A DNA stretch of 60,000 nt from Vicugna vicugna (GCA_013265495.1 MU057651.1:2334948-2394947); one strand, 5' to 3'. Numbered from the stretch's first letter, positions 1-13,085 are shown. The notes: generated from the sequence alone by a model not told the origin. Translations and numbers: made by a program.

Positions 1-1385
1 GTACGTGTGAAACGCTTTATTGTGATCTGCACGTCGCAAACAAGTTTATAAAATGTTGTTATGAGTGGTACGGAAACACAGACGTCAGGGGGTTTCCGTG
101 GCTTTGTTTTGCTTTATTTTGTTTTCCATCTTTTTTTTCTTTTTTACATTCTCTGTGCAGCAATGGGTTCATGAAGAGGAGAGAGAGGTCCGTTAACAGA
201 GGTAACCAAGACTTTGTCGTCCTGCTTGACAAACTTCGATGGACCCTTCTGAGCGCCGACATCCAATGGCCTCTTGGCCAATTCGCCTTTGCTGCTCTGG
301 CTTATAATTTCTCAACTGGTCAAAGAGGAAAAGTGGTAAATTGGCCCCTAAGCCCGGCCAGTCCCGGGATTCTAGAAGCCGAGGAGACGCCACGGCTGAG
401 TGGTAAGGTGACCTGTTTCCACGGTCACCTCCTGAACTTGACAATCACAGAAGGCATCCATCCCGCCCTTTGTCTTGAGCATCAGTCTATAAACGCTCTT
501 GCTCGGGAGCCAATCTGAGCCGAGGACCAGTGGGGCAGGTTCCCGGGCTCTGGGTTCAGACAGCATAGTAGCAAGGGTTTGTTCTCTGTCTAGTGCCTGT
601 AGAGTCGAGATAAGATCATTCCTGTAGGCTTCGTGGCAGGGATCAAGCCCACGATGTGTCTAGGATACCCAGCTAGTTCTTGGAATGGAGAAGCCCTCAG
701 TGTGTTCCTGCCCAGCCCATCTCCACTGCTGCCCTGATGAGCACGGCATACGGGGCGTCCGGAGAGCGGGTCGTGGAGTGTCCCCTCACCCCACCGCCGG
801 CCGCTCTGCAATTGGTCCTCACCCCGTCCCCTCCCTTGTCCTCTGGGCCCTCCAGCTGGCTGAGCATCATTGTCCAATCTCATCTCTGCTCCCCGGAATG
901 CCATGACACACCTGTCACCCTGGCCCCTGCTGGTATGGTCCCAAGACCTCCCACAAACATCCTGGGCACAGCCAGACACCAAACATACCCTTTCCCCAGC
1001 TCTGCCCTTCACAACGCCCCGACCACCAGCTCTCTGCTTCACTTCTGCCTGCCTGCTGACAGCTTGCCTGAGGCAACATGACGGCCCTGCACATCTGTGT
1101 GACAGAACTTTGCCTCTCTGAGCGATTCGGGAATGAACATGGTTCAGGCTGATTAAAACATGAAAAATCCGAGATTTTTGTCTTTGTATCCGATCATCGA
1201 GGCTTCCACGTCCTTCCTTGGCCTGTGGTCCCCATTCCACCTCAACTCAGCTTCCAGGCGACCATCCCCAGCTGCTCCTGCAGGGTTCTACCTGCATCTT
1301 CCACAGAACACCTAGCCTGGAGCACGGCTCCCTGAGTTCCGACCTGGCAGCCTCCAGCCTGCTTTATCAGTAGTTGCCTTGTAAT

Positions 1386-2298
1386 GGGCAGAAGACCCAA
1401 ACAGATGTTTCTCCAGTGAAGACATCCAGATGGCCAACAGGCACATGAAAAGATGCTCAACATTGCTAATTATTAGAGAGATGCCAATCAAAACTACAAT
1501 GAGGTATCACCTCACACCAGTCAGAGTGGTCATCACTAAAAATCCTACAAGTGATAAATGCTGGAGAGGGTGTGGAGGAAAGGGAACCCTCCTACACTGC
1601 TGGTGGGAATGTAAATTGGTGCAGCCACTGTGGGGAACAGCCTGGAGGTTCCTTAAAAAACTGATGATCCAGCAACCCCGCTCCTGGGCATATATCTAGA
1701 GAAAACGTCAATTCAAAAAAGTCTATGCACCCCAATGTTCACAGCAGCACTATATACAACAGCCAAGACATGGAAACAACCATCAACAGTTGACTGGGTA
1801 AAGAAGATGTAGTATATTTATACAGTGGACTACTATACAGCCATAAAAAAGAATGAAACCATGTCTTTTGCAGCAACGTGGATGGACCTGGAGGTCATCA
1901 TAGTAAGTGAAGTCAGTCAGACAGAGAAAGACAAATATTATGTGATATCACTTATATGTGGAATCTTAAAAAATGATACAAATGAACTTATCTACAAAAC
2001 AGAAACAGACTCACAGACACAGAAAACAAACTTTTGGTTACCGAAGGGGAGAGGGTATGGGGAGGGATAAACTAGGAGTTTGGGATTAACAGATGCACAC
2101 TACTATATATAAAATAAACAAAAAAGACCTACGGTACAGCACAGGGAACTGTATTCAGTATCTTGTAACAACCTAACATGGAAAAGAATCTGACAAAGGA
2201 TATATAAAACATGTGTGCATGTATGTATGACCGAATCACTTTGCTGTCCACCTGGAACTAACACAGCATTGTAAATTAACTAAACTTCAGCAGAAAAA
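1386..2298 (+). mobile_element. 5'-truncated LINE-1 (ORF2 C-terminus and 3' UTR) with target-site duplication
   Basis: ORF 1430-1699 reads [32 protein letters not shown]...[25 protein letters not shown] (L1 ORF2 Cys-rich end); ORF 1825-2070 continues it after a frameshift. TSD tagttgccttgt(t)aat at 1371-1385 and 2301-2316. Confidence 0.95.
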
Positions 2299-2899
2299 GT
2301 TAGTTGCCTTGTTAATGTGTCTTGATTCTCCTCATTAAATCGTCTGCTAAGCTGCAGGAATAGTGTTTCCTAAGATGCAACATCGACCATAGACACTTCT
2401 TTTCCTAAAATGCTAAAACATCAGAGAGACAGGTCATTTGGTCCTTCGTGATATTGGCTCTGGCTTCACTTCCCATTATTTCTTCAAATGTATCTGACAT
2501 TCCAAGCATATTGGCTTATGTGGAATTTCCCAAACTGGCCATCGTCTTTTTTATTTTTTTAAATATTGTTCTACTGGAAACAATCTGAGTGTCTCCCCTT
2601 CAGCATCATTTGATACTAGGTTATGCACGTGATGTTCAACCAACCTTCAAATATTTTAGACAAAAAAAGAAATTATCCTATAAATCTTCTGTGAGGCCAT
2701 CGACATGGAAATTGGCATTCGATCCACAGACTCAATTCAGATTTTACCATCCGGCCCCCAAACACCCTTTATAAACAACAGATCAAGATTGGAATCATGT
2801 GTCCCTTCTGAATCTGACTTGCCTTTAGTCTTTTTCAACCTGGGAAAGTCACTCAGAGTCCCCTTCCCTTCCATCTTCTTCACATGTTTGAAGAGCACG

Positions 2900-3630
2900 G
2901 GCCTAACATTTTAGGAATTTCCCCCAATATGTTTGCCAAGTGTCTCCTCAGCATTCATGTTCTGTGGACATTTTATCATGTGGAACATGAATTTTATTTG
3001 CGCCATAAAAATGGTGACGTTAACTTTGACTGTTTGATTAAGGTGGCATCTGCCTGTCTCTCCACTGCAAATTATTATTATTTTTCCCCTTTCAAATTAG
3101 CAAACACGTCACGGTACCTACTTTAAAGCTGTGTAAATCCGCCATGCCCCAACAAACTTGTAATTTGCTAATTTATCTATTATGTTCAATATAGACTCAT
3201 AGTTTCCTATTTCATTCCATCTATGATCCATTACTTGTTTCTGATGCCCAAATTCTTCCAGATTTGGCCAGGGGGAGCCTCTTCGAGTCAGCTTCTGTTT
3301 CCTTTTGATATGTTCCCCTTCACACTTGAACTTCTCCATCACTGCCTGACTCTGCAGAACTCTGCATGTCCTATTTTCTGTGCTCCCCCGCCCTGGAATC
3401 AACCATGACTTCCTGCAGCCCTGGCTCCGTGTCGCTGGCGGGGGAACTGGTGCTGGAAACCAGGAACCAGTCCTGGGGGTGCTCCCTGCTATTAAACCGT
3501 TTGCAGTCCTTCCTGACAGATCAACCTCTAAATACACATGGAAAATATATGCACATATCTACGCCTGTGTCCGAAAGCATGGATTCACACAGATAGCTCC
3601 AATTTCACTCTGAAAGCTTAGTTTTAACGT
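2900..3630 (-). mobile_element. Ancient L1 (L1MC-like) 3' UTR relic
   Basis: Motifs such as ggtgacgttaactttga...ttaaggtggcatctgcc and cccaaattcttccagatttggccagggggagcctcttc resemble L1MC4/5 3' ends (from recall); boundaries approximate. Confidence 0.6.
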
Positions 3631-4427
3631 GCCCCCTCCACACACGGGTAACCCCCTTCTCCAACAATAAGAACCTGAATGTTGCCATTTTTCTTTGCTC
3701 AATCTCCCTGGAAGTAACCCATTTCGCATCCTTGCTGCCCCCCTGCACTGAACCTCCTTAATGCCATTTGGGCTCAGACACCCCCTCGTTGGCTTCATGG
3801 CGCAAATCGGGGCCTCACTGCAAACTAAAAAACCAGAAAAAAAGCAAGCTCGCCCCGTATGGTTTTCATCTCCCAAGTCTCAGCTGCCCTTGGGGACCAG
3901 CTGTCTTCATCTCGCGTTTCGCCTGCAGTTTCCAGTCGGCCATGGGAGGTTTGAGTAAGAACTTACTCAACTGGGGGTTTTCTTTGTCCTGTTTTGTTCT
4001 GTTTTGTTTTCGTGGGTACTCCTTTTAAGATTTAAGAAAGCATCCTTTCTGGTCCCGGTTTCCTAAGATTTTTTATCGTGACCCAGTATGCAATTGCATC
4101 CCACGCTTTTCCTTCATTTGTGCACGTAATTGTGTTTCTCCTTCATCTGCAAATGTGGGAAATCACCTCGGTTACTGTTCAAATGATGGTCAAATGTTAA
4201 ACAAAATTGGGCTTCCCCAGGTAAAGCCAAGTTAGTTGTGATGAATTGATTTTGACTACGTTGCTGGATTCCGTTAATATTTTGGTTAGGAGTTCTGCCA
4301 TGGTCTCTGTTTCCTTGCGTCTATGGTGTAAATCTCATGTCTTCTTTTTCAATCATTTTAAAATTCAGTCTGACCATCATAGCCTTTTCATTTGCAACAT
4401 TTTCAGTTTTCTTTTTCATAACTGCTT

Positions 4428-4525
4428 GTTTTTAACATTTTTTTTATCAATAACATTTTATTGATGTATAATCATTTTACAATGTTGCGTCAAATTCCAG
4501 TGTAGAGCACAACTTTTCAGTTATG
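4428..4525 (-). mobile_element. Very short young L1 3'-end insertion
   Basis: T-rich tail, then ttttattgatgtataatcattttacaatgttgcgtcaaattccagtgtagagca; TSD ataactgctt at 4418-4427 and 4526-4535. Confidence 0.8.
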
Positions 4526-4849
4526 ATAACTGCTTTTATATTTAGGTTTAAATCCGAAGTTTTACAATTTATGTTCTATGTGTTGCACCTGCTCTGAGCT
4601 TCCTTTTTCTCCTTTCATTCTTTATTTCGGCCGAATTAAATTGGTTTTTGGTTTTTTTTTTTTTTTCAAAAATCTTTTCTTCCTCTATTCACTGGAGAGT
4701 TTTGCAGTGTTTTATTGTTCTTTCAACAGTTACTCGAGACATTACAACACGCTTCCCTGGCTTATTTACAAGTATCTTACGACTTCCTAAGTCCTTCCTG
4801 CCTCTTGGCATGTTGTTTTCATGTTGCAAGGGTGGGGGTGCAACTCAGC

Positions 4850-5190
4850 TTCGTATTTGTAGATTCACAGGCAGGTGCAAGAAATAACACTGCGAGATCC
4901 TGCGTGCCCTGGCCCCCCGCTTCCCCCCAAAGGCAACAACTTGCAAAATCACAGTGCAACGTCACAACCATGGAATCAACGCCGACCCAGTCCACGGGTG
5001 TTGTTCAGATGCCCCGTCTGACCTAGACTTTGTGTGTGGATGGGTCCCATCCATTTGATCACCACAAGCATCCTTCATGCTGTCCTTCCGAAGCACCCCC
5101 CGCCTCCTGGCACCGCTGCCCGTCCCAGCCCCGCTCCTAACCCCGGGACGCCACTAACCTGCTCTCCACCTTCATAACTGTGTCATCCTG
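4850..5190 (-). mobile_element. Ancient L1 (L1MC/MD-like) 3' end relic
   Basis: agattcacaggcaggtgcaagaaataac...cccccaaaggcaacaacttgcaaaatcacagtgcaacgtcacaacc resembles the old L1M 3' end. Confidence 0.6.
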
Positions 5191-5376
5191 ATTTACTTAC
5201 ACGGTTTCTGAGTGTATTTCTTTGCATGGCGTTCTTGGTGGCTCTGGGAACACGATACACACACACGGGACTTACAGTCCACTGCGGTCCACTCACCGCC
5301 ATCCTTTACCACGCTGAGTGAAGCATGAAACCCCACTGGCACTTAAAACCTTCACCTTCCTCACTTTTCTCCCACT

Positions 5377-5484
5377 TTTTTTTGAGGTGTTGGAGAGGTA
5401 ATTAAGTTTATGTATGAATTTTTTTAGTGGAGGTCCTGGGGAATTGAACCCAGGACCTGATGCATGTTAAGCACGCGCTCCCTC
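5377..5484 (-). mobile_element. tRNA-Ala-derived SINE (camelid Vic-1 type), 5'-truncated
   Basis: Reverse strand carries the B box (ctgggttcaattcccc), gcttaacatgca and the aaacttaattacctc tail typical of Vic-1. Confidence 0.8.
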
Positions 5485-5489
5485 ATGCT

Positions 5490-6490
5490 CCAGAATTCTT
5501 TTCTCGTTTCCTTTCTGTTTGAGAAATTTCCTTTAGCCTTTTTTTTTTTTAAAAAGGGTAGCTCTTTTTGTGACTAATTCTCTTAATTTTCTTCCACTGC
5601 AGAATGTCTTTACTTTCCCTTCGTCCCTGAAAGACCATTTTCCTCGATATGAAATTCAGTTCTTTCAGCATTTCAGAAAGGGTCTTTCAGAAAGGGTCTC
5701 CGTCCAACCTCTGGATGCTTTCAAGATTTCTGTTTTGTGCTTCGTTTTCCGAAGTTGAATTATGACGTGACTCAGCATGCTTTTCTTTGAGTTGATCCTA
5801 TTTTTTTTAAATTGATTTTATTTATCTTTATTTTTTGGAATGGGGAGGAAATTAGGTTTATTTATTTACTTATTATTTGTATTATATTTTTTAGTGGCAG
5901 GATCAGAACTTGAATCCAGGGCCTTGCGCAGGCCGAATGCGTGCTCTGCCCCTGAGCCACACCCTCGCCCCCGCAACATGAGTTCTTGAATCTGTAGATT
6001 TATGTCTTTCTTTAAACATGAAAGTTTTCAGCTCCCAATTTCTCCGGATCCCAACTTTTCAGCCACATTTCCTCACTTTTTCAGGCTTGCGGTCTCCTTC
6101 CCTCCTCCAACTCGAATGATACGAGCCATGAATCACCTGTTCTGTCCCGTCCCTCCAGCCCCTGCCGCTCTGTCCCTTTTTCAGTCAATTTCCCGTGTGT
6201 TGCTCACTTTGTGTCGATCATATGGCTCTGTTCTCACGTTCCCTGATTCCGTTTCCTGTCTGCGCCCATCCAGTGACGGTTTTTCTTTTCATTTCTGTTA
6301 TCGAGATGAGTTCTATCATGTTTATTTGGTTCTTCCTTATCGCTTTCATTTCTTTGCTGAGATTTTGTAATTTTTCTGTTTTTTTCAAGAGGATTTGTAA
6401 TTTGTTTGGTGATGCTCTATGATGACGGCTGCTTTAAAGTCTTCGCCAGCGAGTTTCAACATCTGATTCATTCCAGGGGCGACATCAGCT
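5490..6490 (-). mobile_element. Ancient L1 ORF1-region relic hosting a SINE
   Basis: T-rich degenerate L1M-like sequence (e.g. gttcttgaatctgtagatttatgtctttc); boundaries approximate. Confidence 0.55.
5801..5972 (-). mobile_element. tRNA-derived SINE (Vic-1 type), diverged
   Basis: ggggaggaaattaggtttatttattt tail, cttgaatccagg (B box, reverse) and ctgagccacaccctcgcccc head. Confidence 0.8.
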
Positions 6491-6496
6491 CCTTGT

Positions 6497-6824
6497 CTTT
6501 TTTTTTTTTTTAATTGAAGCAGAGTCAGTTACAATGTGTCAGTTTCTGGTGCTCAGCATCACGTTTCAGCCACACATGCACACACATATATTCCTTTTCA
6601 TATTCTTTTCCATTATAGGTGACTGCAAGGTATTGAATATTGTTCCCTGTGCTGTACAGAAGACTTTATTTATTTATTTAATATATAGCAGTTCATATTT
6701 GCAATTTTTGAGCTCCCAGTTTATCCCTTTCCATGTCCTTTCTCCCCAGTAACCATAGGTTTGTTTGCTGTGTCTGTGGGTCCGCTTCTGTTTTGTAGAT
6801 GAGTTAGCCACTGTCTTCTTTTTT
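6497..6824 (-). mobile_element. L1 3' UTR fragment (cetartiodactyl type)
   Basis: Poly-T, then aattgaagcagagtcagttacaatgtgtcagtttctggtg...gttccctgtgctgtacag...gtaaccataggtttgttt; same family as the 3' UTR at 1950-2290, in reverse. Confidence 0.9.
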
Positions 6825-6932
6825 AAAAAAGAAAAAAAGAAGATATTGTCTTTTCCTATTCAGCTTGTGAATTTCTTGATTCTTGGTATAATGGCTGATT
6901 TTCAATCATGTCCTGGACATTTGAGTTCTGAT

Positions 6933-7392
6933 TGTTACCGACCCGGGTTCTTGGACTCCTTAATCAATAGAAATTTTAAGAGACTGGACGAGGAATGCAG
7001 GCCAGGCATCACTGGGGCTCGTGTCGCAGCACAAGGTGGAGGAAACAAGTCACAGGCCCCCTTGCTGTCTCTCTGAGGGGAGGGTGAGCTGGTTCCTTAA
7101 ATGGAGCGAAGGTGGGGGCGGGTCCAGGGGTCAGGCTGGAAGGGCCGTTTCGGTGGGCTGCCCACCCCCTGGTGGTGCTGTGTGCAGTGATCATTCTCAG
7201 TGTTCTGGTTCTGTTCCCTGCACCTCAGAAGTGGCTTTTTAGTCTTTTTGTATCTTGTCGTTCATGACCGGTGCCAAATGCACCTGCACGTAGTTATTTT
7301 TGGCCCCTTATAGATTCTTTGTGTTCTGTTGCTCGAGGAGATGTTTGTCCAGATGCAAACTCTGCAGCCCAGGACCCCAGATCCCTGTCTCA
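6933..7392 (-). mobile_element. Solo ERV1-class LTR
   Basis: About 460 bp, GC-richer than its flanks, with TG...CA termini (tgttacc...gtctca). The minus-strand end ...gtccaagaacccgggtcggtaaca is ERV1-like. It interrupts an old L1; TSD not clean. Confidence 0.7.
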
Positions 7393-7468
7393 CTATGATA
7401 GGACACTCTGGGTCCTTTTAAAATTTTCTCTTTCTTCTTTCTGTTCTCTTTTCTTATGCCTTGATGAC

Positions 7469-7586
7469 TAGAGAAGTTCCTTTCACATCTGTTGTAAAGC
7501 TGGTTTGGTGGCGCTGAAATCTTTTAGCTTTTGTTTATCCGTGACGCTTTTGACTTCTCCATCAGATCGGAATGAGAGCCTTGCTG
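7469..7586 (-). mobile_element. L1 ORF1 fragment
   Basis: agagaagttcctttcacatctgttgtaaagctggtttggtggcgctgaaatcttttagcttttg...gaatgagagccttgctg is typical antisense L1 ORF1 sequence. Confidence 0.75.
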
Positions 7587-7886
7587 TGGGTCCTCCTAAA
7601 CTTTTCAAGGAGCAGGAAGGCACCCTACTTAGCTTGAACACACAGGTCCTGGCATACTTTTGTGGACAACAGCTCCAATGACAGTAATTTTCAGAGCCTT
7701 TGCAGTATAATTTTCACCTCCTTGGTTTACCTGGCTCTGCTGGGACTCCGTGCGACCCCTGCCAATGCTGTCAGAGGGCACAGAGGAGTTTCCTCCAGCC
7801 GGGTTACCAGCTGCCTCCAGGTGGGGGGAGAGAATTCTCCAGTCCATGGATCCTCTTTATTTCTGCCCCCTTCCATCGCCTCCCAC

Positions 7887-7919
7887 NNNNNNNNNNNNNN
7901 NNNNNNNNNNNNNNNNNNN
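7887..7919. other. Assembly gap (33 N)
   Basis: Run of N. Confidence 1.
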
Positions 7920-7989
7920 ACCTGCATTCCCTTTCTTCCTGCCGATCTGAGGCTGCCTTCCCCGACCCAGACATTTCAGGCAGCTTTGA

Positions 7990-8900
7990 AATAGGTTGTT
8001 CTGTTTCCCTCTGACTGCTCGTAAGACATTCTCTTAGTGTTTGGGTCTCAATAGCCCGACTATAATGAGCTTAGATTTGATTTTCTTTGTGCTTATTCTG
8101 TTTCGGCTTCTTTCAGCTCCTTGAATCTGGGGGCTGAGGATTTTTTAAAAATTTGAAAATGCCTGGCCATTAGTTCCTTAAATAATGTTTGGCTCCACTT
8201 TTTGTCCTCTCCTGGAAATCCAATGACATTTATGTGTGACCTTTTCACCACATCCCAAATGTCTTCTAGGCTCTTGTCTGTAATTTCTACCCAATCTTCA
8301 CACAGAGTTTTAATCTGGCTGTTTTCTTCCAACTCATTGTCACCTTTCCCTAGTTTCTATTAAATGCGTCTCAGTAGTTTCAGTTATTGTATTTTACATT
8401 TTACAATTTTTCCTCCATTTCTTATTTCCTAGTTCAATTATTCTCCTGGTTAATTCCTTCAAGGTATTAACTACAGTTAAATTAAAATTAGTGTCTGATA
8501 ATTCCTAGATTTCCTGTGAATTTGATTTCACTACGTGTTATTCCTATTGATTTTTTTTTTTTTGTCATTTGGTCTCGACTCCAGTGGCTGGATATTCCTG
8601 GTAATTTTATGTTCTCTGCTGGACATCATGTATGAAAAACATCACAGACAATCTGAGGCTCTGAATGCTTTTGTATTCCTCTAGATAGGATGTATTTTTG
8701 TCACTGGCAGGCACTTAATGTAGCAGCAGGTCAACTTAATCCCACCAAGGATTGAGTTGTTTCAATTTCTGTGATGGTGGGTTGTCCATTTCTGGTCTTG
8801 CCCCTGAGAATTCCAGCTGAAAACCTGGGCTTATCAGGGTCCAACTCATTTCATGGTTCCTGAGCTGTAATTTTGGTCCTTCTCCATCAAAAGACCAGAG
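7990..8900 (-). mobile_element. Ancient L1 ORF1 and upstream relic
   Basis: ORF 8093-8332 (SLEDIWDVVKRSHINVIGFPGEDKK...LFKELMARHF) matches the L1 ORF1p motif LWDxxKRxNIxxIGxPE...IFxEIxxENF. Confidence 0.8.
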
Positions 8901-10629
8901 GAAACTCTCCTCCTGGTCTTAACTTCTCAGCAGCCACAGACATTTTGAGGAGAAACAAGGCAACAAATATAGAGTTCACCTACCTGCAAGTCCCTTATTT
9001 TCAAGAATTTTGAAACCTTAAGTCTCTCCTGTCTTGATAGGTCTTGCCTTCAATTTTTTTTAATCTAACCCTTTTTGTCTTAATAGATGAAGATTCTCTA
9101 TAATAAACCACTCGACCATTATCTGAAGAAATTTATCTCTTTACCATACATTTTAATCCTTAATAATAATAGTATTGCTTTATACAATCTTTGCTCTTTT
9201 TGTTAAATTTTGGAGCCAGCTTTACCTATGAATACATTATCCTTGGTATAATTATTTCAACTTACTAGAATAATTTTACAGGGTTTGGTTTGGGGCTGAG
9301 ATTTGTCACGAACTGATATGTTTACTATTTTGAGTTTTTCCATTCAGAAGTATGGCCTAACTTATAATTAAATTTTTCTGTTATAACTCTCAATAAAGTT
9401 TCATTTATGTTTTGTGTATTTTATTAGGATTATTAATAGATACTTTATTTAATTATATTGTACTCTTATGAATAGAGTTTCATTATTAATTATTTTAACT
9501 AGTTATTGCTGGCAACCGAACCCATTTACCTGCTGTATATTTGGTAAGTTGGGTTAAGGATTATGGTTACTTCCTATGAATTGTTTTCAGTGTGGAATTT
9601 CTTTAAGGTGTGAATATTCTAATCTTAATCAACATCCATGATGTTGATTTAATATGCACTTTTCCCAGGATTATTTGTTCTGGCAAACTTTTATTTTTAA
9701 CATACTGTGAACACTATTCAGAAAATGTTTCAATGTACCTTTTCATTAAAATGATTTATGGTTCTGGTTTAAAGCATTGGCAAATGAAATCCCCACCTTG
9801 CAAATTTATGATATATTTGGTGTGTGTGTGTGTATGTTTATTCCATGTTTATTCCATTACCTTTCATTTTAACTCTTCATAAACTTTTGGTATTAGTTTT
9901 AGTCAAGATTACGAATCATTCTGACTTTATTTCCAGGCTACGGAACCGTAAGGGTATCATCAATGTGGCACATAAGCCTTCATACCCCCTTGTGCACCCA
10001 AGACAGACATCACAGTCTGATCACAGAAAATAGCTCTAATTACTCACAAAACTCTTTCCTTTAGAATCAAGATCTGGCTTCAGAATCTTTGACAATATGG
10101 TTTTCTAGGCAGCCATTCAAATAGGTCAGAACTGATGTACAAGATAAAAATTGTGCTGTCCCTGCAGTACTGCTTGCCACTGAGATGACATCTTAAATTT
10201 TATTTTATGATTCATAAATAAGATTGACATTTGGGTTCAATCTTAAGCTAATTATATAATAATTAAATTTAATTTTCACCTCTAGTCCTTTGATATCTTT
10301 ACTTTCTCCTTCTTGATTGATTACTTTGGATTTATTTTAGTTGGCTGGAGCAAACTTTTCTGTTATCGTCTAAAGGTTTATAAAGGCTACATTCTCTTTG
10401 GCTATTTGGGTATGCCTTTTTATAGGCTTCACAGCTTAATAAAAATTCAGAGGCATGTCACAATCTTGAGTCATATCTTTGACACTGAAGACTCTGTAGA
10501 CACTGCTTCTGTCTTTTTTCGCATAATACTGTTACAGAAGAAGGTATAGGATAAACGTATTTATTGAACAATCATGAGTTCTCAATCTCTTTCCTTGATA
10601 CTTATAAGAATTTTTGTTGTAGTTGGAAA

Positions 10630-12363
10630 AACACTAAGAAATCCACACCTAGACACATCTTAGTTAAATTTTTTCAGAGACAAAGATGAAGAGAAAACCT
10701 TGAAAGCAACATGAGAAAAAGGATTCGCTATGGGAAAGAGGGAAAAAATACAATGAATGCTGTCTTTTCATCAGAAATAAGGGAGGCCAGAAGGCAACAG
10801 AATAACATCCTGAGAATGTTAAAAGAAAAGCTTTCAACTAAGAATTATACATTCAGTAAAACTATCCTTCAGAAATGAAAGAGAAATAAAAATATTCCCA
10901 GCTTAAAAAAAAAAATCCAAGAAAATGTGTTGACAGCGGATCTGCCTTTCAAGAACTACTACAGCAGTCTTTCCAGCTGAAAGGAGGTAGCGCCAAGGTA
11001 ACGCTATATTGAGCCCTGGAAATAGTAGATATGTGGATAAATACAAAACACCATGTATTTTTCTCATTACTTTTCTTAACTGCTTTAAAAGATCTAAGAT
11101 AGTGTAAAGCACTAATTTATAATACTGCGTTCTTAAATTCATAACCTATGTAGACATGAAAAGAACAGCTCAAAGGAGGGGCGAGGAAAATTGAGATGCA
11201 TTAGAGCAAAGTTTTTATGTGAAGTAAATTGTGATAAGACGTGTATGCTAATCTCCAGTATAACCATGGAGAAAATAAAAATTTTAAATATAGTAAAAAT
11301 TAAAGAAATTAAAATAATGCCTTAAAAATAGCCATCTAACACAAAAGAAGGCAGTAAAGGAGAAACAGAGGAACAAAAGAAGACGTGAGACAAGTAGAAA
11401 ACAGATTTTAAAATCTGGCGCCCACATATCCATCCACATCAGTAATTACATTAAATGTAAATGAATCAAATATCCCAGGCAAAAGGTATGGACTGACAGA
11501 CTGGGTAAAAAAGCAGACTCAGCCATGTGCTGTCTGCAAAAAGTACCCTTTAGATTCAAAGACACAAATAAGCTGAAATCAAAAGGACGAGAAAAGATTT
11601 ATAACCATAACCACAAGAAGGATGGAGCAGATATATTAATAGCAGCTAAAATAGACTGTAAGAAAAAAAACACAGTGTTAGAGACAAGGAGAGAGATTCC
11701 ATAATGATAAAAAGGTTAATACATCAGGAAGATACAATAATTATACACATATATGCACTTAGTAACACAGCCCCAAAATACATGCAGCAAAAATGACAGA
11801 CTTGAAAGGAGAAATTCATCCATCATAGTTGCAAATGTCAACAAACCCCTTCCAACAATTGCTAAGACAGAAAATAGCACTGATAGAAGATTTGCACAAC
11901 ACTCTCCACCAACTGTACCTAACACATTCGTGGGACACTCCACCCATGCGCTAAAATACATATTCTTTTCAAGTACACACGAAATATTCTCCAGGGTAAA
12001 CCATATCCTGGGCCACAGGACAATCTCAATAAAGTTAAAAGGTTGAAATTACACAAAATGTGTTCTCTGAATACAACTGATTTAAGTAAGAGATCCACAG
12101 TGGAAAGAAATCTAGGAAAATATTCAAATATTTGGAACTTCAAGAACACACTTCCAAATCACAGGTGGGTTAAAGAAAATATATATATATATAGGAAATT
12201 TTTAAATATCCTAAATTGAATGAAAACAGACATCAAAATTTACGGATGCAGTTCAAACAGTGCTTACAGGGCAATTTACATGTTTAGCGTCTCTACGAGA
12301 AAAGAAGAATGTCTCAGAGCAGTACCCTCGGCTTTCAGCTTAAGAAACTAGGGGGAAAAAAAA
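10630..12363 (+). mobile_element. Old L1 relic: ORF1 C-terminus, inter-ORF and ORF2 endonuclease region
   Basis: ccacacctagacacatcttagttaaa (ORF1); from ~11437 acatcagtaattacattaaatgtaaatg...tgggtaaaaaagcagac...tgctgtctgcaa...ttcaaagacaca encodes a degenerate APE endonuclease N-terminus; many frameshifts. Confidence 0.9.
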
Positions 12364-12398
12364 GAGCAGTCGCTCACCGTCTAGGAGGGAATATGGGT

Positions 12399-12519
12399 CA
12401 GAGTTCAGGGCATTTCTTCTTCAAGGGGCTTGGGAGTAAATCACTTAGGTTTTTTGAGCTTTAGGAACTCTGTAGCAACTGCTCAACTCTGCAGTAAAGC
12501 CACAGTTTGTAAATCCCTA
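12399..12519 (+). mobile_element. MER58-like hAT-Charlie MITE, internally deleted
   Basis: agtaaatcacttaggtttt...ctctgtagcaactgctcaactctgc...cacagtttgtaaatccct resembles MER58A. Confidence 0.65.
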
Positions 12520-12539
12520 AAGAGGTGATAGATGTAGTT

Positions 12540-12754
12540 GAAAGAATGAAAGAAGGAAGGAAAGAAGGAAAGAAAGAAAGGAAAGAAGAAAAGAAAAAGA
12601 AAGAGAAAGAAAGGAAGAGAGAGAGAGGGAGGGAGGGAGGAAGGGAGGAAGGAAGGGACGAAGGAAGGAAAGAGAAAAGAAAAGAAAAGAAAAAGAGAGA
12701 AAGAAAAAAGAAAAAGAGAGAAAGAAAGAAAACGGAAAGAAAGGAAAAGAAAGG
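12540..12754 (+). repeat. Polypurine low-complexity tract (GAAA/GGAA/GGGA units)
   Basis: About 210 bp almost entirely A/G. Confidence 0.98.
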
Positions 12755-12989
12755 CTGTAAGCACTGAGCCCCACGGAGGAGGGGATTACATCTTCCAGGT
12801 TCTGAGTCCCCATCCGTGCAGACGTGAGCCCGCAGAGTCCAGGGGAACCTGCAGACAGTCTGGGATGAAAACAGGAGAGCCACCTGCATGATCAGCAGTG
12901 CCAGTTTCTGGAAAAGAGATTATTTATGTGTGTTAGATTCTGGGGGGAGAGAACTAAAGATGCGATCTGAGCTAGGACCTGCCTCACTC

Positions 12990-13085
12990 CATCCACAGGC
13001 ACGGAAGCTGAGGTCCAGAGAAGTTGAGTTACCCGCCCGAGATTCCATAATTACGAAGAGGCCAAAACAGGGATGGAAGAGGTTT
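12990..13085 (-). mobile_element. MIR fragment
   Basis: gaagctgaggtccagagaagttgagttacccgcccgag resembles the reverse MIR core. Confidence 0.55.

Noticed and set aside
1430..2070. L1 ORF2-like ORFs as a host gene or active element
   Set aside because: 5'-truncated, frameshifted L1 copy with TSD.
12461..12889. Hydrophobic F/S/L-rich and K/E/R-rich ORFs
   Set aside because: Translations of the polypurine simple repeat.
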